DNA of 64,000 nucleotides from Octopus vulgaris (Eukaryota): NCBI GenBank assembly GCA_951406725.2, contig OX597823.1, positions 86,924,001 to 86,988,000 of the forward strand, read 5' to 3'. Shown piece by piece: positions 43,936 to 64,000 of this stretch (position 1 is its first letter; each line of letters starts with the position of its first letter). The notes under the pieces were generated by a model. It saw only the letters and a program-made list of their open reading frames with translations, ran no database searches and was not told where the DNA came from. The position numbers and the translations under genes were made by a program.

Positions 43936-44252
43936 GGAACGGCGATTATGTATATCAGAAATATATATATATATGTATATGACGAAACAATTTCTTGGCT
44001 TTTAATGTATTTTATAATTATTTGCTTTTTATTATGTTGTTATATTTTATATTTAAAGTATTTAATGGAATATTGTAATATAAATAAATTATTGGATTGT
44101 CAATTGAATATCTCCATATTTAATTCAACTTTATTAGAGAACTATACTAATATTTATATATTACCCAACTGAAGTTCTAGAGAATTGGATGTTTATCTCA
44201 CCCCTTGAAGGATTACTTTTCCTCGGAGTGTTACTTATTATTATTATTATTA

Positions 44253-44452
<200 letters not shown>

Positions 44453-44521
44453 TTTTGAATATAGCCACACTACTATCTTTTCCCACCATATATACGCACC
44501 ACTCTCAAAGGAGATTCGTTG

Positions 44522-44573
<52 letters not shown>

Positions 44574-45049
44574 CAATAACAATGAAGGGTGAAATTAATT
44601 AATTTGGAATAATTATCAATTACACCAAGTAGTCTTCGGCATGTAAAAGCCTCATTCGAGGAAAATTTAAGTAATACTCTACCTTACCCAGACTTCTTCT
44701 TTCATCAGCGCAGGATACAAACAATCATGAATGATTGAATATTGAATTTTGAGATACTAGAAGGCACCAACTCAACTGATGAAAGAAGAAGTCTGGGTAA
44801 GGTAGAGTTATCTAATTCTTATGCTTTCCTAAGACTTGATCTCGACACGTACGTCCGTAGGTGACTTAAAACTGTATGATAGATTGCCGTTAATTCATCC
44901 TCTCTTACCTGTTTGTGTTTGCCTTTCAAATGCTGTGCCTTTACTGTGATCTCCCTTTTAGTAGAAGAAATAGCTATAATCTCTTTGACTGCTATTTCTA
45001 AATTCGGTGTGTGGTAAGGCAATTCGTTGCTAAACCCTTAATTGCTTAG

Positions 45050-45081
<32 letters not shown>

Positions 45082-45428
45082 GAGAGAGAGAGAGAGATGT
45101 ACATATACACATGCATACAGACATGTATATATATATGTGTATGTGTGTGTGTGTGTGTGTGTGTTTGTGTGAGTGTGTGTGTGTGCGTGTGCTTTTGGAT
45201 CTGTGTTTTTCTCCCATCACCGCTTTACAACCGGTTTTCATGCCAAAAGCGAAATAAAAAAAAACGTAAGAACATGTACCAGGCTTATTCTACTAAAATT
45301 TTTACTAATAATTCTTCAAGACGGTGCTGCAGTATGGTCATATTCTAATGACTGATGAAAAATAAAAGATAACCGACAACAAAAAAAAAAGCAAATGAAT
45401 AAATAGTTAGACAAATTTGATTTAAAGA

Positions 45429-45434
45429 TTTATT
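45429..45434 (-). terminator. Polyadenylation signal of gene B
   Basis: AATAAA about 37 nt after the TAA stop. Confidence 0.75.
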
Positions 45435-45470
45435 CATACAATAAAATGATCCATTGTTTGGAACCAGCTA

Positions 45471-57102
<11,632 letters not shown>

Positions 57103-57146
57103 GGTGATCAAAACCTGAGATCTGCATGCACACAGTTTGCAGTGCA

Positions 57147-57154
57147 TATTTATA
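57147..57154 (-). promoter_or_regulatory. TATA box of protease gene B
   Basis: TATAAATA on the minus strand about 45-50 bp upstream of the ATG, consistent with a short 5' UTR. Confidence 0.7.
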
Positions 57155-57222
57155 GGAAGTCAGTTGCCCCCTCATTCCCTGCCTTTCTCTGCACATGCAT
57201 GCATCCGCAGACGCAAACAAAT

Positions 57223-57297
<75 letters not shown>

Positions 57298-57565
57298 ATA
57301 TGTATATATATATATATATATATGGAGTACTTGAAATGTACGAGTTGTTTTCATTCTTTTCTTCTCTCTTATTCCTTTCCGTTAAGGTCGTGAGCCCGAA
57401 ACTAAAAAGACTTTCATTTTTCCCGATCTTCAAACTGATACACTAGCTTGGTTTTGATACACCTGTCTTCGACTTTTGCTTTTCTATGAATTTCAAATAT
57501 ATACATACATACATACATACATACACACATACAGAGATACATGCATACATACATACATACATACA

Positions 57566-57597
<32 letters not shown>

Positions 57598-57707
57598 CAT
57601 ACATACATACATGCATACATACATACATACATACATACATACGTACATACGTACATACATACATACATACATTCATACATACATACATACATACATACAT
57701 ACATACA

Positions 57708-57739
<32 letters not shown>

Positions 57740-58534
57740 AGTATGGCTTTCGAATCACATTTTTCATATGTTAAATATAAAGAAGCAAACATTTGTCTGA
57801 ATAAAATAGAGATTACTGCCTGTTGCTTGTAGGTCAATGTTTCCTATTTTTACCATTGAAACAATCAATAGAGCCATTATTTTCATTCGCTTCAGTGTAA
57901 AAGAAGTTTTCCTAAAGAATATAACGACATCTCTGAAACTGATAGGATTGTGTTAATCTGACGCATTTCACAGAAACTTTTGTTGTGAGTTAAATCAAAT
58001 ATCAATACATTTTCTTTATATTTTGTTGCTATCAAAACAAGTTCTAAGCTCAGCTGTTAACTCTCAAACGGCTTCTTTAGCTTTGCCATATGGCCAGGCA
58101 TGTAAAATTTTATTCCGTCCTTAAGAAATAATTAACAAGTTACCAGACAACAATATAGAACAAGAGGGCTCTGGGCGCGTTTGTCCAATCGCTTGTCCAA
58201 GTATTCAACGACATGCATCGGTTAATTGCTGTAATGTCTACATATGTCCCGTCATATTAGATCTGGCAAATCTAACACCAAACTTAGCTAAAGAGGTTTA
58301 ATAAAACTAAAAGATTTAAGGAATATTCATCGTATTTCCGAAGTTCTGGTTCAAACGTTATGGCTGTTCATCGTAACATAATAGAATTACAACACCGACA
58401 TTCCGGAAAACTGAACAGGTATCTCTATTAATCCGTACTAGTTTACTAATTCTAGTGGCTATCAGGCTACTTTACTGGTAGCTTTTACAGTTCAATATTA
58501 GATTGACTTAGATTGACCACTGACCATTAAAGAT

Positions 58535-58585
<51 letters not shown>

Positions 58586-60060
58586 TATGCACAAACATAT
58601 ATTTCCATTGTAAACATCATTACTTCAGGCACCATTGAAAACTGGTCTTATTTTACGAAAGAGGAAGTAAGTACTATGTTGTTAAATTTAGATTTTGACT
58701 TTAGCTTTAATTATAAGATTAAAACACTCAACAGCTCAATACATTTCTTTTTTTTCAGCTTTAGAATTATTACTTTTATGTTCACATATTTTCATTAAAC
58801 CGAATTTTCTTTCTTCACTATTTTGTTGTCATGTTGTAAAATACTTGAAATAACAACGGGGAAGTGGGGCAGAATGAGTTATTTTCAAATTCTTTGTCAT
58901 TTTCTTACTACTTGTTTAAAAACGTTACATTGCAAGTATTGCATGATTATTTTGTATTCTTGCATCATCTTTGGGTGTAAACATTGGCTACCATTGCTGT
59001 TGATGTAGTTGAGGCTGTTTGAAACCGTCAGGTTACAGGTAATTTATTTTCAAGAAATTTACCCTGAACATTAGAACCAGCTGTAATTGAGGTTGCCAAT
59101 AAAATATCTAGATAATTTCTGGTGTTCAACAATCCAAATGCATTCCTCTATTGTGTTCCCTGCCAAATTTTTCCTACAGTAATGTCTAAGTTGGTAATTT
59201 TCATTTTACAAAAACTAATGTCTATACTGGGGCAAAATGACTAATGATTAATTTCAATAATTTTTTCACTTTAACTGCATACTGAATAAACGGTTCTGGA
59301 ATTTTCAGAAAAGTCTTGCGAGAATATGATCGACATATGGGAATTCATATGAGCATAATAAATACAGGAGAAAAAGTATTTTGTGTCTGGTTTAACGGCT
59401 ATTGATCATATTTCACGACCACCTGATAGCCTCCTTGTTTCTTTATGAAAAAAAAAAAAAAGGAAAAAAGATTTTGTGTCTGATTTAAGGGGTATTTAGC
59501 TGTTATTTTTAGCACATCTCACGACCACCTCTTACCCTCCTTGTTTCTTTATCACTCTGACGTTTTCGTGCCTTTCAATATCTTTCTTTGTATGGTTGGG
59601 ATTGAATTCAAAATTTAGAACTGTCTTTTATCTTAAAAAAAATTTTTAAATTAAACAAAAACGAATATTTCATAGATGTATGTATCGACCTATGTTTTGA
59701 AAATACCAAGAACTTAAAATGCTATGAGGAGTTATATGGGGTACTTCTACTCAGTAGAAGAACATCTTCACTGCTTTACTTACATTTCTGGAGCATTTTA
59801 TGCTAGTCAAATACGAACGCAAATGTTCATCCTGTCAGAATATCTATACTCGGTTTGAATGCATATTTTCGGTGTAATTTTCAGTTTTTCTTGCAAGTTC
59901 TTGTCAGAGGTGTAATTGGGTGATAAATTTGATTCCCAACCACATAGTTTCGGGTTCAGTCCCTCTGCGTGACACCTTGAGTAAGTATATCTACTATAGC
60001 CTCGGGCCGACCAAGGTCTTTTGAGTGGATTTAGTAGACAGAAAACTGAAAGAAGCCCGT

Positions 60061-60109
<49 letters not shown>

Positions 60110-60761
60110 CAAACTTGTGTATGTATACTGGCCTCTATAGATGCCAATATCATCGTTACAAGTTTTTCCCCACCCCCTCCTTCGTTCCTTTTTCTCTCTT
60201 TCCCTTTCTTTCGTTCCCCCTCCTTGCTCAGTATATGAGAATTGCTACATAGATGAATTTTAGCTTGCGTGCGAGACGGTTTGCGTGAATATATGTACAC
60301 ATGTTTTTATGTGTATATTTAGATTCATATTCATACGTCTGTATATGTATGTATGGCGTTTACGCGCATCCTTTTGTGTATGTTGATATATATATGTAGA
60401 TTTTAATATAAATATGTATTGCAGTATTTATAACAGGTTTAATTTCTATGCATTAATTTGTACTGTCTTCATTAACGGCAATAGGTTTTTCCTCGGTTTT
60501 TTCCTTGGATTTTATAATTTTTATAAGTTTTTTTATATATATATACATATATTTTTGACCTTTTTGTTTATCGCTCGAAGATTGACCGTTTTTTCTAAAG
60601 GGCCAATCAAACAAGTCCATTTCTTTTTAAAGGTGTAGCGTTTGTAAGAGTATAGATTGAATTAATATATAAATTCCATTCTAGCAAAAACTGTCTGATG
60701 AACGGCAACGAGAAACTCAGAGTAACAGATTTTGTTGAATTTTCGGCTGCTTAAAATAAAG

Positions 60762-60795
<34 letters not shown>

Positions 60796-61129
60796 TGCAT
60801 ACATACATACATACATACATATACATATATATATATGTATGTATGTATGCATGTATGTATGTATGTATGTGTGTGTGTATGTATGTATGTGTGTGTGTAT
60901 GTATGTGTGTGTGCGTGTGTGTTTGTGTGTGTTTGCCCCTCACCATCGCTTGACAACCGATATTGGTGTGTTTACGTCCTCGTAACTTAGCGGTTCGGCA
61001 AAAGAAACCGATAGAATAAGTACTAGGCTTACAAAGAATGAGTGCTATGATCGAAGGCGGTGCTCCAGCATGGCCGCAGTCAAATGAATGAAACAAGTCA
61101 AAGAATAAATGAATATATCGTATCCTCTT

Positions 61130-62300
61130 ATAAATAATGCAGGCTACCCAAGACGTGTCATAGCACACCTTTCTAACAGTTCTGATGCCCCGAAAGCTTT
61201 CTGCAACTTCATGAAGGAGTCGCAAATAAAAACACTCCTGCTGGCTTGGGTGCACCGTGTATACCCTCCCGAGGCAATCCGAAAACTTAATGCCTGGATG
61301 CCCCCTATCGACGTCTACCCTCGACTGTCTTCGCGTGCAAATATTTTTATCCCACACAATGTAAGACGGCAGTTGCGGATAAATAAGTTGCTTTGCAAAT
61401 GTGTCGGCTTGACACAACATAAAAAGAAAAACAGTAATTGTTGCCTCCTACGGCTGGGCAGCAAGTTAGGCAGCATAGCACTCAGAAAAGTATACGCCCT
61501 GAGCGTTCTTCAAATGGACAGTCATATGCACGATTGCCGGATGCCTTTGGTGGAAGGGGGAAACCGAAGATACGCCAAAAATCCTCATTGCTGCTGATGT
61601 ACCTCCCCGACGGGTACTCAGAAACGTGATCCCTTCCACTGGCACTTTGAAGGCCGAATACGGCGGCATCAGAGCCTTTGTTAACGTACTTACAAATGTA
61701 ATTTATAGCTTTAACGGAACTGCAAAATTCAACATTTATATAGGCGTTAGAAATCGTCAAGGGAAGCGGACAGTAACAGACAACCCACCGATTGTCGACT
61801 TTACTTCGCTTTACTGTTGTGGTGAAGCCATCGTTCTTAGGCCGTCTCCGTCTGTACAGGGGGCACTAGTCTCCATCGGTTCACGTCTCATTAACAGATT
61901 GCTTAGGGAATCCCTTACTGCATGATCCCCTACTGTAGGCACGCATGATGGTCATCAACACCCAGCCCGCAACGATGTCATATAGCTCCTTGTCGATAGC
62001 AGGGTTAGGAATCTCAGCCGAGATGATAGAATCCACGTCGTTATAGTTGCTTTTCGTCGCTAGCCAAATCAGAATGTGAGCATGTGGATTCCCTCTCTTC
62101 TGCCACTCCAAGGTGTACATGTCTCACTTGACTGGCCCCTAAATCAATTTGGCCAACTTTTTCCGGAACACTCGAACGAGTAGATCATGCCCGTGGGTGG
62201 GTTGTTGCCCAGCGTAATGTTCGCGGGTTATTTCTACACATTTTGGCTTGCACGTGAACGTAATATACAGGTCAGGATGACCATAATTTCGGATGTAAAC
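61130..62300 (-). mobile_element. Helitron Rep (HUH endonuclease) remnant
   Basis: YGHPDLYITFTC, YTLEWQKRGNPHAHILIWL, IISAEIP, INVEFC.SVKAINYICKYVNKGSD, RYISSNE..WRIFGF, GRVYTVHP..ECFYLRLL in broken minus-strand frames. Confidence 0.88.
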
Positions 62301-62679
62301 TAAAAAAGAAAATGTGCTAGTTGTTAATTACATGGTCATTAGGATTTGTTTTCAAATTGAAGAAACCAGCATTAATTATCTAACATTCATAATTTCATTT
62401 AAAATGAAATAAATAGAAAAATTAAAACTATATATACATTTCTTTCAGAGGGGTTCATTTTTTTTTCTGCATTGTACTTTTCGCCATTGCAACACAGGAG
62501 ACTTAACACATATTAACAAACTTGCGGATTTCACCGACTTGAAAATTGATAAAAGTTATGGTTGAAAATCGATTTTTACCGCTATCCTGTGGTGCCTCGG
62601 GAAAAAATAAGTTGACAAAAGAACAGCCATGATCGTGACCAATGTCCTCCTAACACACACACACTCACAAATCCTGCCT

Positions 62680-63658
62680 TTATAGATGTAGATGCAAAAG
62701 AACACCACAAACTCATGTCCCGAGGTTCGTCTTCCATAAAGTATGTGAGATTCTTTGTTTACTCTTCTACGGAACACTACGTATATTTTTTAAATATATT
62801 TTAATTCAATTAAAGTGGCAAGCTGGGAGAATCATTAGCACGCCGGCGAAATGCTTAGCGGTATTTCGTCTGCCGTTACGTTCTGAGTTCAAATTCAGCC
62901 GCTGTCGACTTTGCATTTCATCCTTTCGAGGTCGATTAAATAAGAACCAGTTACGCACTGGGGTCGATATAATCGACTTAATCCGTGTGTCTGTCCTTGT
63001 TTGTCGTCTCTATGTTTAGCCCCTTGTGGGTAGTAAAGAAATAGAAATAGGTATTTCGTTTGCCACTACGTTCTGAGTTCAAATTCCGCCGAGGTCGACT
63101 TTGCCTTTCACCCTCTCGGATAAATAAGTACCAGTTACGCACTGCGGTCGATATAATCGACTTAATATGTTTGTCTGTCCTTGTTCGTCCCCTCTGTGTT
63201 TAGCCTCTTGTGGGCAGTAAAGAAATAGGTATTTCGTCTGCCACTACGTTCTAAGTTCAAATTCCGCCAAGGTCGATTTTGCCTTTCATCCATTCGGGGT
63301 CGATTAAATAAGAACCAGTTTCGTACTGGTCGATATGATCGACTTAATACTTTTGTCTGTCCTTGTATGTCCCCTCTCTGTGTAGCCCCATGTGGGCAAT
63401 AACGAAATAAATGAATTTTAATTAATGTTTTATATAGTGCAGTATTGTACTACATTTTTATTTATCAATTTTAAGGAGTGAACATGCTTCTTTTACCGAA
63501 GAAAGGATTAAAATCTACAAAAATATAAATACATATCGGTCGTACAAACCCGCGATATGCCGAGGAGCCCGCGATATAAATTTACATATATTAGCCAGAA
63601 AAGTCCGCGATGTGCTGATGTCGCCATAGGTCGACCATGTTATGACGAGTGATTACTG
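62680..63658. mobile_element. Second, partial copy of the Tigger-like element with a nested SINE array
   Basis: Co-linear similarity to 36280-37356, including the right TIR ...gacgagtgattactg. Confidence 0.7.
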
Positions 63659-64000
63659 CATACTCTTACAAAGTAGCGTCTACATGCTGTATGCGTTTGT
63701 TGGTTCGTGATACGTAAACGTGTCTTTGTGTGCTTGCTTGCGTGTTCAGCGTATGTATATGTACTCTGATGTCGACCAACTGGTCAGTAGTACTTAGGTG
63801 TCAGCTAGTGTTATTTATTCCTTTATTTATTTTGCCAAATAAACACTCGCATTATATTTTCGTTCTTCACTCGTTTGCTATTGTTTTTATTTTATCTTAT
63901 GTTTATTTTTCTGGAAATCCTTTGTCAAGTATCTGTGACCTCTTCAGTGACTCTTCCACCCACGTGTTTCCCTGCTTCTGTTCTGCATGTGCTTATTTGG

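Noticed and set aside
62815-63410. CRISPR-like regularly spaced repeats
   Set aside because: Eukaryotic tandem SINE units of ~180 bp, with no unique spacers and no cas genes

Overview
AT-rich animal DNA saturated with microsatellites. The SINE, Penelope and R4 repeat content and the protease type point to an Octopus genome (inference). Almost every ORF in the supplied track is a microsatellite artefact. The real genes are split into short exons that I assembled by hand. (1) An apparently intact 6-exon secreted S1A (chymotrypsin-fold) serine protease lies on the minus strand (CDS 57102->45471, 258 aa). It has a TATA box, signal peptide, VNEH|IVGG activation site, His/Asp/Ser triad and polyA signal, and resembles coleoid posterior-salivary-gland (venom/digestive) peptidases. 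(2) A tandem paralogue downstream (34860->27055) keeps only exons 2 and 6, with a mappable deletion of exons 3-5 and a Penelope insertion, so it is a pseudogene. Mobile DNA includes a Neptune-type Penelope element, two R4/Dong-type LINE 3' ends (one inside a (TAA)n tract), a CR1-like LINE, a Helitron Rep remnant, Tc1/mariner and Tigger-like MITEs and many tRNA-SINEs. A recurring class of (TA)n-embedded foldback or tandem modules is also present, some carrying minimal hammerhead-ribozyme-like cores. Coordinates of decayed repeats are approximate.
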